Positions 15,044-22,931 are shown, counted from the first letter of the stretch. The stretch: DNA of 25,300 nucleotides from a virus (IMGVR_UViG_3300037424_001381:1-25300); one strand, 5' to 3'. Numbers and translations: made by a program. The notes: a model not told the origin generated them from the letters alone.

Positions 15044-15567
15044 TTTCGGAACACCCTCGTGGTCCCCACGGTCTCGACGAGCTCCGGATACCCGGCCGCC
15101 ACCAGCTCGTCCACGAACCGCATGGCGCCCGCATGCCCGACAAATCCCGGCCGCTCACTATCCAGCGAGTCGTGGAAGGCCATGTGCCCGCCGGGCGCAA
15201 GATGGGGCCACCAGTCGAGGAAGTCCTCCCGCACCGACTCATAGCGGTGATCCCCGTCGACGAAGATAAGCCCGAGCTGGTACTTCCATGCCTGCGATGT
15301 CGGATGGCTCGGTGCCCGGTAGAAGGTGAACTTCGGGTAGAAGGCCGTTGCCGCCCGGATGGCTGCCTCGTCTCCCACCTGCCCATATAGATCGGCGATG
15401 ATCGGATCGATCCCGTAGACCCATGCGCCCTCGCCATTGATTGCCGCACGGCACAGCTCGGCGGTAGTCCCTCCGAGGTAACAGCCAATTTCGAGGACGC
15501 CGAGGCGCGACGCGCTGGCATAGCGAGAGAGCATGGCGACTTCGTCGTCGAGCGTCAGGCGACTCAT
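15040..15567 (-). CDS. class I SAM-dependent methyltransferase (Methyltransf_24-like)
   Basis: VLEIGCYLGGTT, VYGID and LIFVDGDHRYESVREDF..WWPHLAPGGHMAFHD motifs. Confidence 0.9.
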   Translation of the reverse strand: MSRLTLDDEVAMLSRYASASRLGVLEIGCYLGGTTAELCRAAINGEGAWVYGIDPIIADLYGQVGDEAAIRAATAFYPKFTFYRAPSHPTSQAWKYQLGLIFVDGDHRYESVREDFLDWWPHLAPGGHMAFHDSLDSERPGFVGHAGAMRFVDELVAAGYPELVETVGTTRVFRK

Positions 15568-15830
15568 GGTTCGTCAATCCGGCCGAGGATCTTGATCGAA
15601 AGGACAGCAGACTTTGGGATATGGAGCAGTTCGCCAACGCTTCCGTGGTGTGCCAGCTGATAGCTCTGCGCCAGTACCACGTCCCCCTTGGGGCCGATCG
15701 GCAGCCGGAAGCCTAGGCTCAGATGATCCTGGCCAGGAGAGTTGGCCCACTCCTCGGCCGTCTTCCGTCCTCGCCAGCCCGGGCCGGCCTGGCTGTCGGC
15801 CCACTTCACGAGACAGTACGGAATCTTCAC
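15564..15830 (-). CDS. small beta-rich phage hypothetical protein (88 aa)
   Basis: Coupled on both sides. The LVKWADS....GW...SLGF....VVLAQS...IPKSAVLSI pattern resembles small phage hypothetical proteins. Confidence 0.7.
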   Translation of the reverse strand: MKIPYCLVKWADSQAGPGWRGRKTAEEWANSPGQDHLSLGFRLPIGPKGDVVLAQSYQLAHHGSVGELLHIPKSAVLSIKILGRIDEP

Positions 15831-16471
15831 CGCGCCACCACCCTGGATAGCAGTGCGGGCCCGTAGAAGTCCTCGGGGATACCGAATGGGAGGTAGCTGG
15901 GGCCGAGGCCGGCGTTGGGCCGGACCGCCTCGTAGCGTTGGGCAATCTCCAGCCTTGCAGCTCGGTCCCGCACCAGGAACTTGTGGTGCTCGATCTCCAC
16001 GTCGGCGATCCTGCCCGGCCCGAAGGGCGAGCCGTCATGGATACCCAGCCGGCCGCCGGCCTTCTCGCGCGTGCTGAGGCGCGTCTGGAGATCGGGCCAG
16101 AGGGGGTCGGCCTTGATGAAGTGCCGCTCGTCCCCCCACAGGTTGAGCCTCGGGAAGGCCCACAGATCGTTCGACGCCCAATCGCCCGTCCGCAACCAAT
16201 CGACCATCCCCGGCGTCATGCGCTCGTCGTCGTCCAGCCGCAGGACGAACTCCGCCTGGCAATACCGGATGGCTTCGTCCAGGATGCTCTCGATCGTCCC
16301 GTCGCTGGCCACCTGGTGCCGGCGGACCCACGGGGCCGTTTCCACGGAAACGAGGCCATCGAAGCAGAGCACCATGCCGGCGCCGATGAGAAACGCCGCA
16401 TCTTCCATCGCCTGGATGAACCGCTCCGCATGGGGCTCGGCCTTGGTGACGCAGAGGAGGTCGAAGGTCAT
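15827..16471 (-). CDS. GT-A fold glycosyltransferase (GT2-like, 214 aa)
   Basis: The start is placed at the ATGA overlap (16471, MTFDLLCVTK). FVLRLDDDERM (DxD), FPRLN, WPDLQTRL, IHDG and IEHH motifs resemble KdtX/LgtF-type GT2 enzymes. Confidence 0.82.
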   Translation of the reverse strand: MTFDLLCVTKAEPHAERFIQAMEDAAFLIGAGMVLCFDGLVSVETAPWVRRHQVASDGTIESILDEAIRYCQAEFVLRLDDDERMTPGMVDWLRTGDWASNDLWAFPRLNLWGDERHFIKADPLWPDLQTRLSTREKAGGRLGIHDGSPFGPGRIADVEIEHHKFLVRDRAARLEIAQRYEAVRPNAGLGPSYLPFGIPEDFYGPALLSRVVAR

Positions 16472-17178
16472 GCCGCGTCCATTGGGAAGACGGTCAAGGC
16501 CGAGCCGGGAGTACCGTTGCACACATCGACGCCAGCAGCCGAGAGCACTCGCTCGGCCACTTGGTAGGAGATCGCCATCCGTTCCGGCATCGGATCGTGA
16601 TACCAACGTCCCTTGCCGAAGTAATCGGGGTTGAAGTGATTGGGGTCCGGCCCGTGGCTCACGAAGATGCCGCCGGCCCGTATCTCGGTGGCCTCTGGGA
16701 TGATGTAGCGGTGATCGACGCCGAGCAAGACGACTTCCCGGAAGCCCATCAGGAACGCAAGTTGCAGGAGAGTGTAGGTAACGGTGCCCCCGGCATGAAA
16801 GGTGTCGGGAGAACTTGGGCGCCAGAAACTCGGGACTCCGTCCCGCTGGTACCACGACTTGTCATTCTCGAACCATACAATCCGGTCGCGTGCATCCGGC
16901 GGGTATTCCGCCCTTAGCGTCTCGTCCAGCACCATCCGTGTCCGCCGGGCTAGCGGAGCGAGCTCATCCCGGCAGTCGCGTTCAAGCAGGTAATCGGTGA
17001 CCGCCAGGTAGTCCGGCATCACCCCGCCCGGGAGATAGACCCGGTTCGAGCCGAGCAGCACCCACCCGCTTGCGCGCAGAAGTTTGACGCGCCCGACGCT
17101 CTCGGTCAGCGATGGGCCATTGCCCAGAACGACGCAACGTCCGCCGGCGTGGGCGCTGATCAGATCTCGCGGTCTCAC
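16468..17178 (-). CDS. DUF115/Maf-like (GT42 sialyltransferase-related) glycosyltransferase
   Basis: RCVVLGNGPSL, GSNRVY..PDYLAVTD, GGTVTYTLLQLAFLMGFREVVLLGVDHRY and DPNHFNPDYFG motifs. Confidence 0.82.
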   Translation of the reverse strand: MRPRDLISAHAGGRCVVLGNGPSLTESVGRVKLLRASGWVLLGSNRVYLPGGVMPDYLAVTDYLLERDCRDELAPLARRTRMVLDETLRAEYPPDARDRIVWFENDKSWYQRDGVPSFWRPSSPDTFHAGGTVTYTLLQLAFLMGFREVVLLGVDHRYIIPEATEIRAGGIFVSHGPDPNHFNPDYFGKGRWYHDPMPERMAISYQVAERVLSAAGVDVCNGTPGSALTVFPMDAA

Positions 17179-17214
17179 TTGTGCTCCACGTTGACATTCA
17201 AGGCCGAGGCGTGT

Positions 17215-17436
17215 TTACGAGCGGCGGCCGCGTCGGGGTGACGCTTCAGGTTCATCCACCGACGCCCCCGCTTCACCTGCACCCATCGGCCGACTGACCG
17301 GTACGGCATCAGAGCTCTCCGACCTGGCCAACTGCGCCCGCATGGACAAGATCTCCGTTCGGGCCGCGTTCTCCCGCGGCGACTTCGACACGTTCGGGTC
17401 GAGCAGTTCCGCGATCAAGTCCTCGTGAAGTCCCAT
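17215..17436 (-). CDS. small hypothetical protein (73 aa) with a basic C-terminal tail
   Basis: AAGGAAG RBS-like sequence before the ATG; helical N-terminus, disordered linker and PRRGRRS end. Overlaps the upstream ORF by 128 nt. Confidence 0.5.
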   Translation of the reverse strand: MGLHEDLIAELLDPNVSKSPRENAARTEILSMRAQLARSESSDAVPVSRPMGAGEAGASVDEPEASPRRGRRS

Positions 17437-19336
17437 TGGCTTTCCTTCCTTCGCCCTGGATGGTCATCTTCGTGTCCGGGACGACATCCATCAGGCGGGC
17501 CAGAAGCGCGTCCGCGTCTCCACTCCCGCGGTGCAACTCGCCGCGGATAGCGTTGACCCGGCCTCTCAGCAATTCCGGATCCAGGAATTCGAACTCCGCT
17601 CCCTCGCAGTCGACCTTCAGCAAGTCGATGGGGAGCGCCCCCAACACATCTCGAAAGCTGACGGACGGGATTGTCGGTCCATCAGCACCATAGATCGAGT
17701 GCCCGCCGCTGTTTTCGCCACCCCCGCCAATCCGAACCTCGCGCCCGTCCCCCGTCACGGCCTTCTGGACACACTCGACAGCCAAGCCATTGGCCGCGAT
17801 GTTTGCCTCCAGCCGACGGAAGTTGTCGGGATCCGGCTCGTAGGCTTCCACGCGGCAACCATAGCGCTTGGCCAGGGTCATGGACATCACACCGACGTGG
17901 GCGCCGATGTCTACAACTCTCGACCCCGGGCCGAGCTCGAGCAGCCCGAGCCCGTAGTCGCGTTCTGCCTCCCGCAAGAGAAGCCACTCAAGACCATCGG
18001 GCTCGGTAAACTTCAGGCCTTGCGGGTTGGAGAACCCTCCATCGAGCACGCGTTCCCCCCTCCCGTCCCGACGGAGCTCCGCTCCACAGTCCTTGCAGGG
18101 GACGCTCATCGACCCGTCCGGGTTGTAAAGCCCTACGGCAATCCATTGGTGTTGGTGCTTGGTGAGGCCACTCTTGATCTGCTCATGGAGCATTTCCAGC
18201 AGCGGCTTCCAGTAGCGCTCCGTCACGGTGTCGGCGTCATACTCCAAGGCGCCAGCCCGGGCACGCCGGCTCAGCTGCAGGCGCTTCTCCGAGGAAGCCC
18301 CGTAGGCCCGCTCGAGCAGGTCATAGATGGCCCCGGTGTGCGGGACGAATTGGTAGGTGGCCAGTGGCGTCCAGAAGGGCGTGCAATCAGCCCGACTGAC
18401 CTTCCAGCCCCCGAAGCACAGCTCCGGCATGGAGGTCCAGTCCCCGACGATGACGGGTGTCCCACAGGCCTGCGCCTCGAGGATGGGGATCCCGAAGCCC
18501 TCGCCCATCGAGACGTTCATCACGACGTCCGAGAACTGGTAGACGTTCACCATGTAGGGCTCGGGGAAGCCGACCAGGTTGGTGTACTGATCGGCGAAGA
18601 CAACGGAGCCGGATTTGCCCGTGTCCAATCCCAGGTACTTGCAGAGCTCGACCAGGTTCACCCCGCCGTTCTCGCCGTTCTCGGCCTTTGTGGTGTGCAA
18701 GTAGAGCAGCGCGTCCTTGTGTTTCCGACGAAGCATGGCGAAGGCCTCGAGCTGCTGCTGGAAGGCCTTGCGGGAAGGTGCGCCCTTGTTAGCGGCGACC
18801 ATCGTTACGACGAAAGCGTCCTCTGGCAGAAGCGATTTGCGGCGGGCCTCAGCCTTGTCTCCAGGCATGAAGATCTTCGTATCGACCCCGTGGGGGACGT
18901 AGAAGTGTGGGAGGCCCGCTTCTTCTGCCATTCGCTGCCCGAACTTCGAGAAGACAATCGGAGCAAATACCTGCTTCGCCTTATCCAGCACGGCCGGGGA
19001 CATGGGTTCGCTGTCGATCGGGAACCACGCAGCGATGGGAATGCCGTGGGGATTGCCCTGGATCGAAGGATCCAGGACCCAGATGTCGATCAGGGAGATG
19101 ACGAGGTCGGCTTCGAAGTGCTTGGCGTGGGCCGAATACACGTCATTCCCGTACATGTGATACCCACGGGGATAGAGGCGCACGCCGTTCCAGTTCAGGA
19201 TCCCGCCCTCGAGGCCGTAGAACGCCAGGATCGCCATGTCGTGCCCGAGCTTCTGCAGCCGTGGGACGAACAGCTTGGTCTGGTTCCCGTAGCCCGTGGC
19301 GGAGAAGGGCGCGTTGGAGTACCACAAAAGCCGCAT
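17309..19336 (-). CDS. GT4 (GT-B) glycosyltransferase fused to a C-terminal FkbM-family methyltransferase
   Basis: GT4 motifs: MRLLWYSNAP..TGYG, VPHGVD and SMGEGFGIPILEAQACGTPVIV. FkbM motifs: VVDIGAHVG, VEAYEPDPDNF and IDLLKVDCEGAEFE. GAGGAG RBS. Confidence 0.92.
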   Translation of the reverse strand: MRLLWYSNAPFSATGYGNQTKLFVPRLQKLGHDMAILAFYGLEGGILNWNGVRLYPRGYHMYGNDVYSAHAKHFEADLVISLIDIWVLDPSIQGNPHGIPIAAWFPIDSEPMSPAVLDKAKQVFAPIVFSKFGQRMAEEAGLPHFYVPHGVDTKIFMPGDKAEARRKSLLPEDAFVVTMVAANKGAPSRKAFQQQLEAFAMLRRKHKDALLYLHTTKAENGENGGVNLVELCKYLGLDTGKSGSVVFADQYTNLVGFPEPYMVNVYQFSDVVMNVSMGEGFGIPILEAQACGTPVIVGDWTSMPELCFGGWKVSRADCTPFWTPLATYQFVPHTGAIYDLLERAYGASSEKRLQLSRRARAGALEYDADTVTERYWKPLLEMLHEQIKSGLTKHQHQWIAVGLYNPDGSMSVPCKDCGAELRRDGRGERVLDGGFSNPQGLKFTEPDGLEWLLLREAERDYGLGLLELGPGSRVVDIGAHVGVMSMTLAKRYGCRVEAYEPDPDNFRRLEANIAANGLAVECVQKAVTGDGREVRIGGGGENSGGHSIYGADGPTIPSVSFRDVLGALPIDLLKVDCEGAEFEFLDPELLRGRVNAIRGELHRGSGDADALLARLMDVVPDTKMTIQGEGRKANGTSRGLDRGTARPERVEVAAGERGPNGDLVHAGAVGQVGEL

Positions 19337-19365
19337 TTGAAGACTCGCTCCTCGTCTTAGGGCCA

Positions 19366-19404
19366 GCGGGCGGGGGCAGGTGGAGCGTGCCCGCCCCCGC
19401 CCGC
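19366..19404. other. 12-bp all-GC hairpin between the decoration gene and the glycan cassette
   Basis: GCGGGCGGGGGC (19366-19377) pairs perfectly with GCCCCCGCCCGC (19393-19404). There is no U-tract. Confidence 0.6.
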
Positions 19405-19435
19405 ATGACCGCGCTTCTGGGGTGCTATTCCAGGG

Positions 19436-19858
19436 CTACTTGCCCTGGATATATCCGACGCACAGGTTCACGGGGAATGCCGTCGCCGGCACCGCACCCT
19501 CTTCCTGATAGTCGACCACGAGCCACTCGCCCGGGGCGAGGTAGCTGTAGTCGGCATCCAGGGTGAACGCCTGCGGCACCGCTGCCACAAGCGGTGCCGC
19601 AGTGCCGCCGATTGCCGCGGCGATCGTCCCGTTTACCGCCGGCGTCCCGCCGATCGCAACCGAGCTGTACTTGTGGAGCGCGAAGGTTGCGGCGGTGCCC
19701 GACGTGTGCGACGTCGAGGCAACGGCCTGTGCATACACGAGGCGCAGGCCTCCGCCCTGACCGGCCGTGGGCGCCTTCAGGACGAAGAGTTTCTTGTTGT
19801 CCGCAGCGGGATCACTGATGTCGATCACCGCGTGCTTGATGTCTGCTTGGCTGGCCAT
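19436..19858 (-). CDS. probable capsid decoration/cement protein (jelly-roll-like, about 140 aa; alternative GTG start at 19870)
   Basis: Immediately after the major capsid gene; Ala/Thr/Gly-rich beta protein with LAPGEWLVVDY; GAGGTG RBS before ATG 19858. Confidence 0.7.
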   Translation of the reverse strand: MASQADIKHAVIDISDPAADNKKLFVLKAPTAGQGGGLRLVYAQAVASTSHTSGTAATFALHKYSSVAIGGTPAVNGTIAAAIGGTAAPLVAAVPQAFTLDADYSYLAPGEWLVVDYQEEGAVPATAFPVNLCVGYIQGK

Positions 19859-19895
19859 CTCGTTGGTCACCTCATCCTTAGAGTCTGGGACCAGC

Positions 19896-20744
19896 CTAGC
19901 TGGTCGGGGTCGCGCATGCGAAGAGCAGTTGCACGCCGAACTTGGGGCGCCACACGCCGTGGGCGTAGACGGCCGACATGTTCAGCTCCCAGCCGCGCCG
20001 CGAGGCATCGCGCTCGGGTTCCAACCGCGGAGCCCGGCGAATGTCGAGGGCCATCGCCGGCCGGCTGAAGACCGCCCCGTACGCGTCCGTTCCAGAGAGG
20101 GCGATGTTCGAGCTGGTGAAGATGGAGAGATCGGCCACTCTCTGCACGAAGAAATTCCGGCTGATCTCTTCGGTCAGCCCAGGAGCGGCCACCGGCGTGG
20201 TAGCCGTGGCGATGGAGGCGGCCTTCGCCAGAACCTCCCACTGATAGTCGTGCAGGACGCAGAAATACGGCCCGGGGGCCTTCTGCGCCTTCAGGACTGC
20301 CTTGGCCGCGAAGATGTGCCCCCAGGTGATGGTCGTGCCCGAAGCGCCGATCGTGCCACCCGTCAGGGACGAGAAGTTCCCGAGCAGGTCCGTCTCCACC
20401 TTGTCGGAGATCGCGCCGCCGAGCTCAATGGCGGCGTCGTTGCGGACCGCGAATGGATCGGACTCGACCCGCTGGTCGCTCAGGAAGAACTGCAGGCCGA
20501 CCTCGGCCGGGGTCAGCGTGCCCAGGGCGGCCGGCGTGAAGGCATCGGAGGTCAGATCGTCCGACTCGACCACCGACTTCGCCGTGCCCTTGTTGTATTC
20601 CTGGCTCTTGCGGGCCGCCATGCCCTGGCCGCTGAAGCCCGAGACCAGGTTGATCATGAGGCCGCTCTCGCGCGCCGCGAACAGGGCATCGTCGAAGATG
20701 GTGTTCACGAACGCGGAGATGTCTGCGTAGGTATTGAGTTGCAT
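19896..20744 (-). CDS. major capsid protein (HK97-fold, 282 aa)
   Basis: Follows the scaffold gene. Contains a ..ESDDLT..TLTPAEVG..SDQRVE segment and a typical C-terminal AMALDIRRAPRLEPERDAS...SAVYAHGVWRP. GAGGAAAG RBS. Confidence 0.88.
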   Translation of the reverse strand: MQLNTYADISAFVNTIFDDALFAARESGLMINLVSGFSGQGMAARKSQEYNKGTAKSVVESDDLTSDAFTPAALGTLTPAEVGLQFFLSDQRVESDPFAVRNDAAIELGGAISDKVETDLLGNFSSLTGGTIGASGTTITWGHIFAAKAVLKAQKAPGPYFCVLHDYQWEVLAKAASIATATTPVAAPGLTEEISRNFFVQRVADLSIFTSSNIALSGTDAYGAVFSRPAMALDIRRAPRLEPERDASRRGWELNMSAVYAHGVWRPKFGVQLLFACATPTS

Positions 20745-20788
20745 CTTTCCTCACTCCCGGGCCGATGGGCCCCAGGACTTCCGGTGCA

Positions 20789-21466
20789 TCACCCGCGGGC
20801 GGTGTTCTTGGGCGTCTCAGGGAAGATGACGCCGCCGCCTTGCTTGCGTGCCGCATCCGGACTGAGGAAGCTGCCCCCGCCGCTGTACAAGCGCGCCCGC
20901 CGCTCTTCATCCGTCTCCTTGTGCGGCTCGGGTTCGTTCGGGTTCGTCGGGTTGATCCCCGGCGCCACTACCCGAGTCTTCGAGACGAGATGCGGCTTGG
21001 CCTTCGCGAGCACATCGAGCCGGGTGGCCACGTCCTTGTCGTCGGTCGGATCGAGATCCTTCCGATCCATCAGGGCGTAGGCGTCGAGCGGATCGATGAA
21101 GCCCTTCTGAGCTGCTACGGAAACCACCGTTGCCCTCAGGGCCGTCTCGGCCGCCTTGGCCTCGGCTTGCTCCGCACGCGTCACCGCGTCCGCAGCAGCC
21201 TTCTTGGCCTTGTCCAGCTCGCTGAGCTCAGCAGACGCACGTTCCTGCTCTTTCTTCTCCAGCTCCTCGAGGCGCTTCCGTCGATCGGCGCTCTCGCGGT
21301 TAGCTGCTTTCAGGGCAGTGCGCGTCTGGTCCAGCTCGGCTAGGACGTCTTCCACTTTCGGTGCCGGCTGCGGATCTCCCGCGTCCGGCCTCGGTTGCGG
21401 ATCTCCCGCAGCTGGTGCCCCCGGGATTGGATCGCCCGCGCCAGGGGGATTGGGGTTGCCAGTCAT
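20789..21466 (-). CDS. capsid scaffolding protein
   Basis: Pro-rich N-terminus with three AGDP(Q/I)P units, a coiled coil (ANRESADRRKRLEELE..LSELDK), and a LAKAKPHL motif. Confidence 0.85.
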   Translation of the reverse strand: MTGNPNPPGAGDPIPGAPAAGDPQPRPDAGDPQPAPKVEDVLAELDQTRTALKAANRESADRRKRLEELEKKEQERASAELSELDKAKKAAADAVTRAEQAEAKAAETALRATVVSVAAQKGFIDPLDAYALMDRKDLDPTDDKDVATRLDVLAKAKPHLVSKTRVVAPGINPTNPNEPEPHKETDEERRARLYSGGGSFLSPDAARKQGGGVIFPETPKNTARG

Positions 21467-21510
21467 CTCTTCTTCGCTCCTTGGGGCATCTCGCCCCTGG
21501 TCCAGAGACC

Positions 21511-21552
21511 AACGAAAAGCGCCCGGTTTCCTCCGAAGAGGAAACCGGGCGC
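21511..21552 (-). terminator. strong intrinsic terminator inside the late operon, upstream of scaffold/capsid
   Basis: Perfect 15-bp stem (21519-21533 with 21538-21552). On the minus strand it has a cUUCGg loop and is followed by UUUUCGUU. Confidence 0.8.
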
Positions 21553-21621
21553 AACTCCGGGATCGCTGGGTTGTCCCTGCGGTCCCCCAATCCCTGGGGG
21601 CGCCGGGGTTCTACGGACCCA

Positions 21622-21650
21622 ACACTAGCACACTTTCAGCGCGCAAGCAA
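21622..21650 (-). promoter_or_regulatory. candidate internal late promoter
   Basis: Minus strand reads TTGCTT (21650-21645), 17 nt, TAGTGT (21627-21622), with an extended -10 TGn. Confidence 0.5.
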
Positions 21651-22643
21651 CTCCGCGAGCGTAGCCGTGCCGGTCATCTCGCCATAGACCGAGTCCGAGT
21701 AGGGGCTCACGAGATCCGAGAGGCTGAAGTTGCCATCCTGCCATGAGGCATGGAACTGGGGACCCATCTGCGCGATTTGCTGCTCCTCGGGCAGGGCGCG
21801 GAACCACTCGTCGCCTGTCTGCTCCACGAACTCCGACGGGGAGGAGCCGATCGGCATCGGCAGCTCGTTGCATCTGCCATTGTGGTGATCGTCGAGAACC
21901 TCATCGAGCTCATGGACCGTCCCATGCTGTTCGACGCAGGCCATGCACGTCATACCGTCCAGCTCGGCCCACCAGATCCACCCCCCAACGATGTGGTCGT
22001 TCTCCAGGTAGTTCAGCCGGCTCGCCTCCCGGTAGGACCAGAGCTGGGCGGTGCGGACCATCTGGAGCGCACTGGTTAGACCCTGACCGAGAGAGGAGTT
22101 GATCAGGCCTGCGACTTTCGATGGCGAGAAGCCAAGCGACACTCCCTGGGCAATGCCAGATGCGACCCGATCGGCCGTGAATGGCGTGAGTTCCTCGAGC
22201 CTCGCATAGAGCGGCCCGCCAGGCTGAGTGAACGCCAGGATGGACTGAGCCTGACGCGGAGAGAATTCGTGGAACCTGCCGCGGAGGCCATACTCGTCGA
22301 GGATCAATTCGCTGACAGTCCTGGAGTCGGCCGTGCCTCGCGCAAGGGATGCCTCGATCGCGCCCGTGAGTTCCCGCGCCGTTGTCCCCTCGAAGCGGCC
22401 GAGCTCCTCAGCCACCCCCCGAAGCAGGCTGCGATACCGCACGCTCCGTTCGAGCTGCGCTGCTGTCTGACCCCCTTCCGCGGCTTCGGCCGCTACCCTG
22501 GCGATCATGTCCTGGAGCCTGCGCGAGAGCTGGCCATAGTGTGACACCAGGCGCCCGAGGACCTCGGCGTCCTTCTCGTCCGCACGGCGCATGAACTCCT
22601 CGACCAAGCGAATGATCTCGCGGCCGCGTGGGTCGACAGGCAC
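21636..22643 (-). CDS. minor head morphogenesis protein (Mu gpF / SPP1 gp7 family)
   Basis: MVRTAQLWSYR..WIWWAELDGMTCMAC...HG......DHHNGRC signature. Confidence 0.88.
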   Translation of the reverse strand: MPVDPRGREIIRLVEEFMRRADEKDAEVLGRLVSHYGQLSRRLQDMIARVAAEAAEGGQTAAQLERSVRYRSLLRGVAEELGRFEGTTARELTGAIEASLARGTADSRTVSELILDEYGLRGRFHEFSPRQAQSILAFTQPGGPLYARLEELTPFTADRVASGIAQGVSLGFSPSKVAGLINSSLGQGLTSALQMVRTAQLWSYREASRLNYLENDHIVGGWIWWAELDGMTCMACVEQHGTVHELDEVLDDHHNGRCNELPMPIGSSPSEFVEQTGDEWFRALPEEQQIAQMGPQFHASWQDGNFSLSDLVSPYSDSVYGEMTGTATLAELLAR

Positions 22644-22931
22644 CTACCCCTCCAGTATCCAGAAGTCGCCCGACTTCGCCGCCTGGACCGCCCCCGTCCC
22701 GTGCCAGTGATACTTATGGATCCCCGCCGTGTCGCAACTGAAGTCCATGTGGAAGACACCAGCCGAGTCCTTTACGACTTCGGAATCTGTTCCGTAGACG
22801 TAGGTCGTCACCGACCCATCCGGCAATGTGATCTTGATGCTCACAGTTGTTGGGTCGGTCGGGACGGCCGCTGCGTTCTTGAAGGTTGCCTTCAGGCGGA
22901 CCAGGCTGTGCTGCTCGTATTTGTTGGTCAC
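22644..22931 (-). CDS. small Ig-like structural protein (about 95 aa)
   Basis: TDPTTVSIKITLPDG..KDSAGVFHMDF...AGIHKYHW beta-sandwich pattern. The start is placed at GTG 22931, just after the upstream stop. Confidence 0.7.
   Translation of the reverse strand: MTNKYEQHSLVRLKATFKNAAAVPTDPTTVSIKITLPDGSVTTYVYGTDSEVVKDSAGVFHMDFSCDTAGIHKYHWHGTGAVQAAKSGDFWILEG

Noticed and set aside
15827-16855. 342-aa version of the GT2 ORF (likewise the extended starts at 63, 693, 2448, 13340, 14370 and 22955)
   Set aside because: Most of these extensions overlap upstream genes or promoters and look non-coding. Downstream starts have an RBS or stop-start coupling.
14264-19336. DNA hypermodification (7-deazaguanine or glycosyl-hmC) cluster
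   Set aside because: There are no dpdA, queC, queD, folE, hydroxymethylase, TET/JBP, kinase or polymerase genes nearby, and the cassette lies within the structural operon. This is disfavoured but not formally excluded.
17531-19360. 609-aa plus-strand ORF, and similar long antisense ORFs such as 19767-21080, 9264-10322 and 762-1835
   Set aside because: These are shadows of real genes on the opposite strand in high-GC DNA. They show no motifs or RBS and have biased, low-information composition.
21365-21445. Short direct repeats (GCGGATCTCCCGC twice) as a CRISPR or iteron array
   Set aside because: They are in-frame AGDP(Q/I)P peptide repeats of the scaffold N-terminus, too few and too short. 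No CRISPR array was seen anywhere in the window.
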